This document shows, piece by piece, positions 1 to 9,707 of a stretch of DNA of 64,000 nt. This DNA comes from an uncultured delta proteobacterium (GTDB lineage: Bacteria > Desulfobacterota > RBG-13-43-22), in NCBI GenBank assembly GCA_963802945.1, contig CAWDKY010000030.1:1-64000 (forward strand), written 5' to 3'. The notes beneath the pieces were generated by a model. The model saw only the letters and a list, made by a program, of their open reading frames with translations, did no database searches and was not told the DNA's origin. The translations under genes were made by a program, and so were the position numbers. Position 1 is the stretch's first letter. Each line of letters opens with the position of its first letter.

Positions 1-179
1 TAAGGTTGTCCCTCTTTTATACTCTGTCATCAATTGTATTCCATAATGGGTATAAATCGTTAACTTAATAACTTTTCATTAAATCGAGGCCAGAAAAAAT
101 ATCTCCTTCGGTGGTACCGACAATCACAACGCTAAGGAAGGATAGAAAAACGCCGACAATAACGATTGCAACCAAGCAG

Positions 180-966
180 ATGATCGTGACCGTTCGACGG
201 CGCTGCAAATCATATAACCGGACCGGACCAGTATCTTTACGGTTCGGTACGCGCCTCGTCGCAACGGATGCCCTCATGCATGAGCACGCGTGCTCGATAT
301 TGCCACTGGAACCGGCGTGGTTTCGCTGCTGCTGTGTGGCGTGTGGGGCTCAGAGGGACACGTGATCGGCATCGACCTGTCTGGCGCCATACTCCAGGAA
401 GCCGAGCATGCCGTGCGAACGGCTGGGCTGACCAACGTCGAATTGCGCAGATGGATGCCGAGCACCTGGATTTCCCCGACCAGGCCTTCGATGCAGTTAC
501 TTGCGCTTTCTCACTCTTTCTTTTCCCAAATATGGAGACTGCGCTAAGTGAGATATATCGTGTGTGCAAGCCAGGCGGCTATATCGGAGTGTCCATTTTT
601 GACAAAACACCACCGCCCTTTAATCCAGGCTGGCCGATCATGATACAGCAGTTTATGGCCTATCAAACGGCAGTGATGATGCCGCAACCATTAGGCGATG
701 CACCTGAGGAAGTGGAGGCCCTGCTCAGCCGATCCGGTTTCCGCTCCATCGAAACGCACAGCGAGACGAACGACATCATCTATGCAAGCCTAGAGAATTG
801 GTGGGAGTTTGGGCTGACTATCGGGCCACGTTTGACAATTTTAGGGATGGATGAGAAAACACGCACCAGATTCAAAGATGAGTGACTAGGTTAGTTACGC
901 CCTCTGCTAGCCCGAGATGGCTTACATGTTTCTGTGGGGGTAGTCTATGCTGTGGCGCAGCGGTAG
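180..966 (+). pseudogene. Decayed class I SAM-dependent methyltransferase (UbiE-like)
   Basis: Motif I (VLDIATGTG) and VIGIDLS lie in the 290..547 frame; MDAEHLDFPDQAFDAV...KPGG lies in the 268..885 frame. Protein-like sequence continues past in-frame TGA (883) and TAG to ...VYAVAQR* at 966. Several frameshifts plus stops. Confidence 0.75.
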
Positions 967-1103
967 GCGGATATCGAGGCAGCTTAAAATATTTTCTTTA
1001 GAGGTCCCGACAATCAAAAGAATCTGTGGAATCTGGTGATATCTTACTTATTTCTTAACCACTTCGGTATAACAGAGAATACAAAAAATGAAAGGAGAGT
1101 GGG

Positions 1104-1743
1104 ATGTTCGAAGACATAACACCCGAACATAGTGCAGCCCTTGATGTAATCATAAGATCCCGACACTCAGTAAGGGCATTTAGCTCCACCCCGCCAAGCC
1201 AAGAGGCTATTGAGGCAATAATCCAAGCGGGCTTATTAGCTCCATTTGGAGCACTTGCGGTTGCCGGGAAACCTGACTTTAGAAAGGTATTTGTGATTAG
1301 AAACTCATCGGCAGTCTATGGAAGCCGTTGCGGATATTCTCAAAAACAGAATGGCAAAGTTTGCCGATGAACTTGAAAAGAAGGTGGGACCTGTTCCTTT
1401 TGTACAGAATCTAAAACGAATCGGGCAACAAGGTGTATCCGGTGTCGGTAATGCACCATATTATATCGTTGTCGCAGAAAGAAAAGGAATGCCTCCGGTC
1501 GCCGCCCAATCGCTTAGCTACTGCCTTGCGAATATGTGGCTGAAAGCAACATCGCTTCGTATCGGTTTTCAACTTGTAAGTGCAACGATGCAGGTGGAAA
1601 GTGACCCTGATTTTTGTAGGCTTTTGAATATTCCCTGTGGGGAATATGCGCTGGATGGATGCGCCCTGGGATATCCGGCAGATAAATATCAACCTCCTTC
1701 CGTCGAATATCCTTCATTAGAAAAATCAGTAAGCTGGCTGTAA
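1104..1743 (+). CDS. Nitroreductase family protein (one frameshift near 1315)
   Basis: IIRSRHSVRAF FMN-binding start in 1104..1370; NMWLKATSLRIG and LGYP in the overlapping 1318..1743; SD AGGAG before 1104. Confidence 0.75.
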
Positions 1744-1870
1744 ATATCAGATTGTGGAAATCGGGGGACACCTTAATAATTTATTCTTCTTTTGAATCAG
1801 GTAACAGGTAATTAGTACGGTGTTCTCCAATTGGGGATTTGGATTCGGAAGGCTCTTAATATAGACATCA

Positions 1871-2338
1871 TCAGGAAGTTTCGCAGGGTGGTTTTCGTTC
1901 TTTGAGTTTTGCTTTTTCAGGCCCTGTTAATCGCAATTCCATTTTCCAGGACTCTTGGGCATAAGAGTCCTTTTTTTTAATCAGAAGCCACTCATTCCCC
2001 TTGCCCCTTCCTTTAAGGCGGACCAGTGTGAATTCACCCTTTAGGATTCTGCCCTGAAGAATAAAGGCCAGTTTATCCTCCTTTTGCTCCAAGAGTTCAT
2101 AAGTTCCCGTGTCCCAGACCACCACCGGTCCGGCACCGCTCATGCCTTGGGGGATAATCCCTTCAAAATCAACATAAGACAAGGGATGATCCTCAACCAG
2201 CAGGGCCAGACGTTTTTCCAATGGATTTAGAGACGGTCCTTTAGGAACTGCCCAGGAACGCAGCACCCCAGCCATTTCCAAACGGAAATCGAAATGGAGA
2301 TGACCGGCATGATGTTCATGGACTACAAAACGAAGAAT
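1871..2338 (-). CDS. Stand-alone LigD 3'-phosphoesterase (PE) domain protein
   Basis: The frame extends upstream of the ORF-track start to ILRFVVHEHHAGHLHFDFRLEMAGVLRSWAVPKGPS...VEDHP...WDTGTY, the LigD PE signature. GGAGG precedes an ATT at 2338. Confidence 0.85.
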   Translation of the reverse strand: MLRFVVHEHHAGHLHFDFRLEMAGVLRSWAVPKGPSLNPLEKRLALLVEDHPLSYVDFEGIIPQGMSGAGPVVVWDTGTYELLEQKEDKLAFILQGRILKGEFTLVRLKGRGKGNEWLLIKKKDSYAQESWKMELRLTGPEKAKLKERKPPCETS

Positions 2339-2357
2339 GGTTATCCCTCCCTGCCTG

Positions 2358-3130
2358 TTAATTATTTTTCTGATACTCAGCCGGCCTTTTTTCTAAAAAG
2401 GCCTTCATCCCCTCATGGGGTTCGCGGGTCTGGAAACATTTTCGCAAAAGATTCCGATACCCGCGGCAATGGAATCCGTGAGGCTCAATTCCATCCATTG
2501 GGCGATTAATTTTTTTTGCAGGCGCATGGCCGTCGGCCCGTTTTGAAGTATCTGGTCGGCCCAATGCCGGGTAGCTTCCTTGAGGGCTTCCTGAGGGACC
2601 CGTTTGTGGATCAAACCGATCCGTTCGGCTTCGGCGGCATCAATCATTGCTCCGGTATAGACCAACTCCGCCGTCCGGCCGAGTCCGATTAAACGGGGAA
2701 GGATGGCTGCTTCGATCACCGAGGGGATGCCCACCCGGACTTCGGGCATCCCGAAGCGGGCATTATCCGAGGCGATGCGTAAATCGCAGGCCGCTGCTAT
2801 CTCCAGTCCGCCACCCAGGGCAAAGCCGTTGATGGAGGCGATGACGATGGGTTCGGCCTGGCGTATGGCCAGGCAACAGCGGTGCAGATCGGTGATGAAT
2901 TTTTCCGCCCCTTCCGAATCCAAATCCATCATGGCCCGGACATCGACCCCGCCTATAAAGGCCTTATCTCCATTTCCGGTCAGAATAATAACCCGAATGT
3001 CTTTCCGAGCACCCCAGTCGGCTATGGTTTCCGTTAATTTCAGAATCAGTTCATGGGTCAAAGTGTTTAAAAACTCCGGGCGATCAATAGTAATGGTCAC
3101 TACCGGTTCTTTAGGATCAATGATAAGCAT
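2358..3130 (-). CDS. Enoyl-CoA hydratase/isomerase (frameshift near 2445)
   Basis: AFIGGVD, INGFALGGGLEIAAACDLRIA, FGMPEV. The typical C-terminus EGMKAFLEKRPA is in the 2358..2564 frame, after T/A homopolymers. Confidence 0.85.
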
Positions 3131-3420
3131 AAGGGCCCTTTTCGAAATATTAACTTATGAATTTTTTCGGTTGATGTGAAAAAACTCTGTTTTTCAGCAA
3201 TCTGTAAAAATAAAAAAGTATAAGATAATGCTAAAATAGGGTCAACGATAAAAAAATCCGTTTTCTTTTTTGAGGTTCGGGACGTGGTTGATCATTTAAA
3301 GGAAGGGGGCAATGTTTTGGGGTCAGAAGACCTGCCTCATAGACTTCTGATAATCTTCTTGACAATTTAGCCGGTTCTGTTATGAAAGGCCATTACTCCC
3401 ACTTAAATGAACAGCTTCAT

Positions 3421-3483
3421 CCAATAACTCCTGCCCTTCGTGGGCTTCTTGATAATTAACAAGGGGGATACTTTCACCCCTCG
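3421..3483 (+). repeat. Copy 1 of a ~63-bp imperfect direct repeat (copy 2 at 5093..5154)
   Basis: ccaataactcctgcccttcgtgggcttcttgataattaac... versus ccaataactcctgcccttcttgggcctcttgataaataac...; about 8 differences by hand alignment. Confidence 0.8.
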
Positions 3484-3560
3484 GAACAAAGCTTGGGAAA
3501 AAATAAATAGTCCAGGTATCCCCCAATTTCCAAAATCTTGATTGAATTTATGGAGGAGAC

Positions 3561-4808
3561 ATGAAAACACAGCGTCGTTTTATTTTTGTTTTTTCAATTA
3601 TTTTTCTCTTTGTCTGTTCGGCCGCTGTTTGGGGCAAACCCCTGGAAATGGCCAAAAACCCCGAGGCCCTTGGCTTTTCTTCCGAACGACTGACTCGAAT
3701 TGATAAAACACTCCAGTCGCATATTGAAAAAGGAGTCATTCCTGGTGCGACCATCCTTATCGGGCGCCATGGAAAGATCGCCTACTTTAAAACTTACGGT
3801 ATGCAGGACAAGGACGGCAAGGTGCCCATGAAAAAGGACACCATCTTCCGTATTTACTCGATGAGTAAACCCATCACCGCTGTCGCTGTGATGATGTTGT
3901 GGGAGGAAGGGAAATTCCTCCTTTCGGATCCCGTTTCGAAGTTTCTCCCTGAGCTTAAGGGCCTTAAGGTGGGCGAGGAAAAAAAGGACCCAAAAGCCTG
4001 GGATGCACCCTTGGAACTCGTTCCCTGCAACCGGGAGATGACCATTCAAGACCTCCTCAGGCACACCTCCGGAATGATTTACGAATTCCCCTCATTCGGA
4101 AAAAGTCTGGTCCAGCAGAAATGGGAAGATGCTAAAATCTGGGATGAAAATGAAACCCTGGCCGAAGCCACGACTAAATTATCGAAACTGCCCTTGCTTT
4201 TTCAGCCTGGGACCAAGTGGAACTACAGTCGGTCTTATACCTTGCTTGGACGGCTTATCGAAGTCATGTCCGGCCAAACCTTCGACCAGTATCTTGAAGA
4301 GAAGATATTCAAACCTCTGGGCATGAAGGATTCCGGATTTTGGGTAAAGCCTGAAAATCAGAACCGGGTTACCCAGGGGAAATATATGCCTAATGTCACC
4401 AAGCCCCCGAAACTTCTCGCAGGCGGTGAGGGATTGGTGGGAACGACTATGGATTACGCACGGTTTGCTCAAATGCTCTTAAACGGAGGGTCCCTCGATG
4501 GGGTCCGAATCCTCGGCCCCAAAACCATTGCCTACATGACATCCGATCATTTGGGATCAATACCCGGTTTCTGGTTCCCCGGTATCAGTTACGGGCTGGG
4601 CTTTGGGGTGCGCATGACCCCCGGAGTCGCCACTCTGGCCGGTTCCGTAGGAACATACAATTGGGGGGGTTACGCCGGTACGGCCTTTTGGGTGGACCCG
4701 AAAGAGGATATGTTCGTTGTCTTTATGATAAACGAGATGATCGTCGGACCCAGCAATTATCATGGTTCCTTGATTCGGGATTTGGTCTATCAGGCCTTGA
4801 TAAAATAA
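3561..4808 (+). CDS. Secreted serine hydrolase, beta-lactamase class C/AmpC-like family
   Basis: Signal peptide, FRIYSMSK (SxxK), LLRHTSG, PGTKWNYS, WGGYAGT. Confidence 0.9.
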   Translation: MKTQRRFIFVFSIIFLFVCSAAVWGKPLEMAKNPEALGFSSERLTRIDKTLQSHIEKGVIPGATILIGRHGKIAYFKTYGMQDKDGKVPMKKDTIFRIYSMSKPITAVAVMMLWEEGKFLLSDPVSKFLPELKGLKVGEEKKDPKAWDAPLELVPCNREMTIQDLLRHTSGMIYEFPSFGKSLVQQKWEDAKIWDENETLAEATTKLSKLPLLFQPGTKWNYSRSYTLLGRLIEVMSGQTFDQYLEEKIFKPLGMKDSGFWVKPENQNRVTQGKYMPNVTKPPKLLAGGEGLVGTTMDYARFAQMLLNGGSLDGVRILGPKTIAYMTSDHLGSIPGFWFPGISYGLGFGVRMTPGVATLAGSVGTYNWGGYAGTAFWVDPKEDMFVVFMINEMIVGPSNYHGSLIRDLVYQALIK

Positions 4809-4823
4809 TTTGGTAAAATTCGG

Positions 4824-4860
4824 AGGGGACCGGACGGACTCAACCTTTCGGTCCCCTTTT
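4824..4860 (+). terminator. Probable intrinsic terminator
   Basis: AGGGGACCG...CGGTCCCCT stem followed by a T run, just after the serine hydrolase stop. Confidence 0.55.
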
Positions 4861-4946
4861 GCTTGATGCTTTCCTTGATAAATTAGCGAGTTATATTTTA
4901 AAAAACAATTGGTCAATTTTATAAGATGTGGAAAAATTCTTTTTTA

Positions 4947-5092
4947 CAGGTTGCTCAAAAAGGTCCAGATACAAGGCGCCAAAAATCCCGAGGAATGAGT
5001 CGTACATTGAAGTACGTCGCAATAAGCCTGCCCCGCCGAAAGGCGGGGAGGGATGAGGGCAACGCAATAGATGGGCCTTTTTCAGCAACCTG
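4947..5092. mobile_element. MITE-like element with 21-bp terminal inverted repeats
   Basis: caggttgctcaaaaaggtcca versus reverse complement of tgggcctttttcagcaacctg (19/21 match); internal ccccgccgaaaggcgggg hairpin. Confidence 0.7.
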
Positions 5093-5154
5093 CCAATAAC
5101 TCCTGCCCTTCTTGGGCCTCTTGATAAATAACAAAGGGGTTCTTCCTCCCCTCG
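5093..5154 (+). repeat. Copy 2 of the ~63-bp direct repeat
   Basis: Matches 3421..3483; abuts the right TIR of the MITE. Confidence 0.8.
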
Positions 5155-5313
5155 TCACCAGGTCTGAAAAAATTCAAATAGGTATTATGGGCCTAAATTT
5201 ATTCAAACCACTCTCATTGGGAGTGGAGTTTCCTGGTTGATTTTTCTTGACAGTTTAATCAGATAGGTATACCATTTACTATATTTAAGTATACCACTGA
5301 GGAGATTGATAAA

Positions 5314-5535
5314 ATGGCTAAGGTGACCGCCAAGTACCAGATCACCATCCCGCCGGCCATCCGTAAGGGATTGGGGATTGTACCCGGAATGGATGTGGAC
5401 GTTGCTAAAAGAGGCGATAAATTCGAACTTATCTTAAACCCTATCGGAGGGTTAAAAAAGAAGTGGCGTGGGAAATTTAAAGGGGGCCCAACCACTGATC
5501 AATATCTGCAGAAAATCCGGGGGAAGGTCGAATGA
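5314..5535 (+). CDS. vapB: AbrB/MazE/SpoVT-family antitoxin (VapB-like)
   Basis: AKVTAKYQITIPPAIRKGLGI swapped-hairpin motif; ATGA overlap with the PIN gene. Confidence 0.85.
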   Translation: MAKVTAKYQITIPPAIRKGLGIVPGMDVDVAKRGDKFELILNPIGGLKKKWRGKFKGGPTTDQYLQKIRGKVE

Positions 5536-5975
5536 AGATTTGCGTTGATACGGCAGTCCTGATCGATATCTTAAAAGATGAAAACAGACCCTTTCAGGAG
5601 ATGTTATATTCGGCCTTGTCGGCTAGAGAAACCTTGACTGCTCCTGTGGTTGTTTTCGCCGAACTCCTGCCGCAATTTGGAGGGGATAACAAGCTGGCTG
5701 CTTTATTTTTAAAGGATCATCAAATTCAGGTTGAATCCCTGGATCTGGAAGGGGCGATCATAGCCGGTCGGCGTTGGATACAATATCTTAAAAAAAAGAG
5801 GAAATCCCACTGCCCGGAATGCGGCCGCCCTTTACTGCAGAGGGAACACCTTCTTTCAGATTTTTACATCGGCGGTTTTGCTTTAGCCAAATGCGATGCT
5901 ATCCTTACCCGTGACCGAGGGATTTACAAAAAATATTTTCCGGAGTTAAAGGGGTATGGGGATTGTTTGGGATAA
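5532..5975 (+). CDS. vapC: PIN-domain toxin (VapC)
   Basis: VDTAVLID, AEL, SDFYIG, LTRD acidic PIN residues; coupled to the antitoxin. Confidence 0.85.
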   Translation: MKICVDTAVLIDILKDENRPFQEMLYSALSARETLTAPVVVFAELLPQFGGDNKLAALFLKDHQIQVESLDLEGAIIAGRRWIQYLKKKRKSHCPECGRPLLQREHLLSDFYIGGFALAKCDAILTRDRGIYKKYFPELKGYGDCLG

Positions 5976-6058
5976 AGCTGGAGAAAGCCATGAGATGGAG
6001 CTTTCTGAAAGTGACCAAACGAAGCCTTAAAGGGGATAGCCATTTGGAAACGCAACTA

Positions 6059-7193
6059 TAGTTAACGCCATAAATAAGTAGACATTATGTGCATTCCATG
6101 CTATAATGACTCCCAATAAAATCACATTGGGAGGAAAGCCATGAAAGCTCTAAGCCTCGATCACCCAAAGATGACGCGAGAGACCTTGTTACGAATGGCC
6201 GATGAAATTCCGGGAGCTTGGATCGGCATGCGGATCGCCGGTTATCTTCTGCTCTTGGCCGGGTGGAAATCCACGGCTGTTGCCGAACTGTTCGGGTTGA
6301 CCCGGTGGACGGTGGTGAAATGGATTCATAAGAGCAACGAGGAGGGAATTGGGGCTGTCCGCGATCGATTTCGCCCTGGCCGGCCTTCCCACTTGGATGA
6401 TCGCTTGAAGAGGGAACTGGACGTGGTCTTGTCCAAGTCTCCGAAAGACTATGGCATTGCCCGGGTCCGGTGGGATGGGGTGGTCTTGACGGAATATTTG
6501 AAGCGTTTTCATCGCATAACCATCCATGTCCGCCATGCCCAACGGTGGATACGTCAGTTGGGGTATTCCCTGAGGCAGCCGATGTACCGGTTTGTTCAGG
6601 CTTCCCAGGAAGGGGTAGAGGCATTTCAGAGGGAATTAAAAAAAACTCCGCCAGGCCGAAAAGAGCGAAGGAAGAAGAATCATTCTGTTTGAGGACGAAA
6701 GCGGGTTTAGTCTTCATCCGAGGCTGGGTCGTGTCTGGGTAAAGAAAGGAACGCAACCGTACGTCTCCACCCGGAGCCAACATCAGAAGCGGCTTAATCT
6801 CTTTGGATGGGTCGCTCCCGTTGATGGGCTGCATGGCATGATGAAATGGAGGAAGGGCAATACCGAGGGCTTTATGCGGCTTCTCAAAAGCATCATGATA
6901 CGTTTCAAAGATAAGAGTATCGATCTTTGGATAGATCGAGCCCCATGGCACAGGGGAGAGATGGTGGAGCACTTTCGGAGTCAACACCGTCGAGTGCATC
7001 TTCACTATCTTCCGCCCTACCATCCGGAGCTGAATTATCAAGAAACTCTTTGGCGAACCATGCGCTATGAGGAAACAACGAATGCCTTTTTTGAGACTCT
7101 TGAAACCCTGGAGGTCTCTGTCTTTAAAAGGTCGCAACGATGGAAACCTCAAAAGATAAAATCTTTATGTCCACTTATTTAAGACGTTCACTA
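6059..7193 (+). mobile_element. IS630-family insertion sequence
   Basis: Imperfect ~27-bp TIRs (tagttaacgccataaataagtagacat / atgtccacttatttaagacgttcacta), TA duplication at 6057-58 and 7194-95, and a two-frame transposase. Confidence 0.9.
6141..7182 (+). CDS. IS630 transposase, HTH part plus DDE part joined by a probable -1 frameshift
   Basis: HTH/winged-helix ORF 6141..6692 with a poly-A slippery tract near 6640; FEDES, IDRAPWH and LPPYHPELN-QE in the second frame. Confidence 0.85.
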
Positions 7194-8122
7194 TAGTATA
7201 TGCTGATCGTTCATTCGATGAAGTAAAGGAGTCCGAAAATCCAGACTTTCTTGTGCGCTTCTTTCCCCATACAGCTTATTTTGGCGTGGAAGTAACCGAA
7301 TACTATCTTACCGAAACAAACGCAAGAATCGATAATATTTCTGGTTATACAGGAGAATTGCTAAATGGTAACGATTTCAAACACAAGGATGACAGAAAGG
7401 TTTTAAACGTCACAAAAATTGATCTTATTGATGAAGACGGTATTGTTCAGGCTAAAAATGTTTCAGCCACTCATCAGGAAATGCCGCCACCCAGCAAATG
7501 CGCATATGACGTTGCAGAGCGGATCATTTCCAAATCCGAGCTTTTAAAAACCTCTCATTATAATCTTTCACATACAAACTTAATCATTAAAGACAGGACG
7601 GGTCTGCTTCGGCTAATCAATAAAAAAATTTTTTATTGCTTCTTTTTCATTCCGGAATTAATCAAGGCAATATCAACAGCACCCTTTCGGGAAATATTTC
7701 TTGTAACCATTCTACAAAATGAGCATGTTTACATACCTCTCAAAATGCTTTACCTCTTGGCTGAAGCCTTCTTATTCAATGGCGTAATAATACAAAATGG
7801 GTACGAAAACAAAATACCGCCAGAGATTGATTATGTTGAATTATTCGCTGCCTACTTAAACAGCAATGTTACATATAGGGTGCTAATTTACCGCGATGCT
7901 AATGATACTGAAGTTATCTTTGGCGATTCTGGACTTTTAATCAGCCCTGATAAATCAGTTACCGTAAGATTGCATTTGGATTATGCCATTAATTCAAATG
8001 CAGTAGCGCCAAAGATAAAATGGCAAACAATATTAGGCGAAAATTTTGATGAAGCAATGAGGGATTATCGTAAGTCGAATATTTTTTCTACAGAAGCTGT
8101 ATTCCCAGTGAAAAAAAGAGGT

Positions 8123-8186
8123 ACCCAACATCGGCATTGAGTAGGACGCGCAAAAAGCAGCGCGCCTCTCATGCCGGTCGTTACTC
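8123..8186 (+). other. Integron attC recombination site (solitary)
   Basis: R'' ACCCAAC; ATCGGCATTGAG pairs with CTCATGCCGGT with one extrahelical base; central GCGC/GCGC stem; R' GTTACTC. It overlaps the stop of the upstream ORF. Confidence 0.7.
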
Positions 8187-8365
8187 GCTTTCCATCCGTA
8201 ATTGTCAATTCTGACAACTGCTCAATGCTGAACAGTTGTAGAGGAAAGTTACGGGAAGGGCTATCGTGATACGGTTCGTCAACTCAAATGCTCGTCGGGA
8301 CAAATGATGATAGACAAAAGAAAAAGATTTATCTTGCCTTCTATATCCTGTATCATTTGATAATT

Positions 8366-9469
8366 ATGGATGCCCTGATTTTATCCGCCGGTGAAGGGAC
8401 CCGGCTCCGCCCTCTAACCTACAAAAGGCCCAAAACCCTTCTCCCTATTCTTAACAAGCCTCTTCTGCAATGGACATTGGAATATCTGAGTCGGTTTTCC
8501 ATCAATCGGGCAATTTTGAATACCCATCACCTGGCTGGCCAGATTGACACTTACATTCACTCTCTACAAAAAGGCGGATTTCATGAACTGGTTACCCGCT
8601 ATGAACCCATTATCTTAGATACCGGTGGTGGCCTGGTGAATACCAGGGGTTTTTTTCGATCCGAACCTTTTATAGTGATCAGCGGCGATATCCTGACCGA
8701 TATCGATTTAAAAAAGGCCGTGGATTTTCATCAAAGCCATAATGACCCGGTGACCTTGGTTTTACATGACTATCCTGAATTTAATCAGATAAAAGTAGAT
8801 TCTAATGGACGTATCCTGAAACTAAGGAAAGGCGATGTTCATGGTCTGGATTTTGCCAATATTCAAATCCTGGATCAAGACGTTTTCAAGTTCCTTCCTT
8901 CCTCAGGAAGTTTTGATATCATTCCGGCCTATCAACAAATGATTGACGAAGGGATTACAATTCGCGCTTATGTCAGTCAGGGTCATCACTGGTGGAATAT
9001 AGGAACACCTAAGACCTATCTGAAAGTCCATGAAGAATTATTATCCACCCCTACCCTCTTCCCTCTGGAGCCTAGGTCGCAATTAGCCAAAACGTCATTC
9101 CGGAGGAGTTCACCGGAGGTGGACGAAATCCGGAATCCAGGAAATATTGATGGAATTAAAAGGCATCTGGATCCCGGCTCGCGTCCCCCAAGCGGACTTG
9201 GCCGGGATGACGACTTACAACACAGCCTCCTTAGGGGAAAGGCTGAGGAAGGGATTTTAATTCATCCAGAGGCCCACATTGAAAAAGGTGTTGAATTCTC
9301 AGGCTGGGCCTGCATCGGAAAAGGATGCCTTTTGAAAAAAGGATGCCGTATTCATAATTCCGTTATTTGGGAGGATGCGACCGTGGAATCGGGGGTCAAC
9401 ATTTCCGAATCCATTCTGGGAGATGGGGTTCATCTCCAGAATGATCTGCATGGTGGAATAATGATTTAG
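8366..9469 (+). CDS. Sugar-phosphate nucleotidyltransferase (MurU-like/mannose-1-P guanylyltransferase-like)
   Basis: ILSAGEGTRLRPLT..RPK, DTGG, GD motif, C-terminal beta-helix repeats; adjacent AmgK-like kinase. Confidence 0.8.
   Translation: MDALILSAGEGTRLRPLTYKRPKTLLPILNKPLLQWTLEYLSRFSINRAILNTHHLAGQIDTYIHSLQKGGFHELVTRYEPIILDTGGGLVNTRGFFRSEPFIVISGDILTDIDLKKAVDFHQSHNDPVTLVLHDYPEFNQIKVDSNGRILKLRKGDVHGLDFANIQILDQDVFKFLPSSGSFDIIPAYQQMIDEGITIRAYVSQGHHWWNIGTPKTYLKVHEELLSTPTLFPLEPRSQLAKTSFRRSSPEVDEIRNPGNIDGIKRHLDPGSRPPSGLGRDDDLQHSLLRGKAEEGILIHPEAHIEKGVEFSGWACIGKGCLLKKGCRIHNSVIWEDATVESGVNISESILGDGVHLQNDLHGGIMI
9068..9229. repeat. Palindromic repeat element inserted in frame in the nucleotidyltransferase
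   Basis: Core cgtcattccgg...ccggaatcca...tggatcccggc...gccgggatgacg (9093..9212) inside degenerate outer IRs; 162 bp = 54 codons. Confidence 0.75.
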
Positions 9470-9511
9470 TACAAAGTAAACCTGAACTAATCTCTTGGAT
9501 ACTTTGTTTAC

Positions 9512-9636
9512 CGTCATGCCGGACCCCGTATCAGGTACGGGGCAGGCTTGATCCGGCATCCAGGATTTTTGATGCGTAAATTAAGCTGGGTTCAGGTTGG
9601 AGTTTATCCCGCACTTGATGAGGGACCGGAATGACG
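9512..9636. repeat. Intergenic copy of the same palindromic repeat family
   Basis: cgtcatgccgga...tccggcatcca...ccggaatgacg with a nested ccccgtatcaggtacgggg hairpin. Confidence 0.75.
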
Positions 9637-9707
9637 AACAATTACCCGATAAAGCAATATTTTTATACTTCCTGTTAGTTTGCTGCATTCGGGCATAAGG
9701 ATTTAAT

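Larger units (their letters stand above)
5990..8140 (+). pseudogene. AT-rich cassette ORF, putative PD-(D/E)XK-like protein, interrupted by IS630
   Basis: Removing the IS and one TA joins ATG 5990 (SD GGAG) in frame to VYADRSFDEVKESENPDFLV...FGVEVTE and on to the stop at 8140. Confidence 0.6.

Noticed and set aside
3561-4808. Bona fide beta-lactam resistance gene
   Set aside because: The motifs fit the broad esterase/serine hydrolase family; nothing specifically indicates AmpC activity.
4891-5158. Short ORFs 4891..5088 and 4955..5158 (likewise 57285..57484)
   Set aside because: They are translations of MITE-like repeat DNA.
6085-7152. 355-aa minus-strand ORF
   Set aside because: Antisense shadow of the IS630 transposase; no recognisable motifs.
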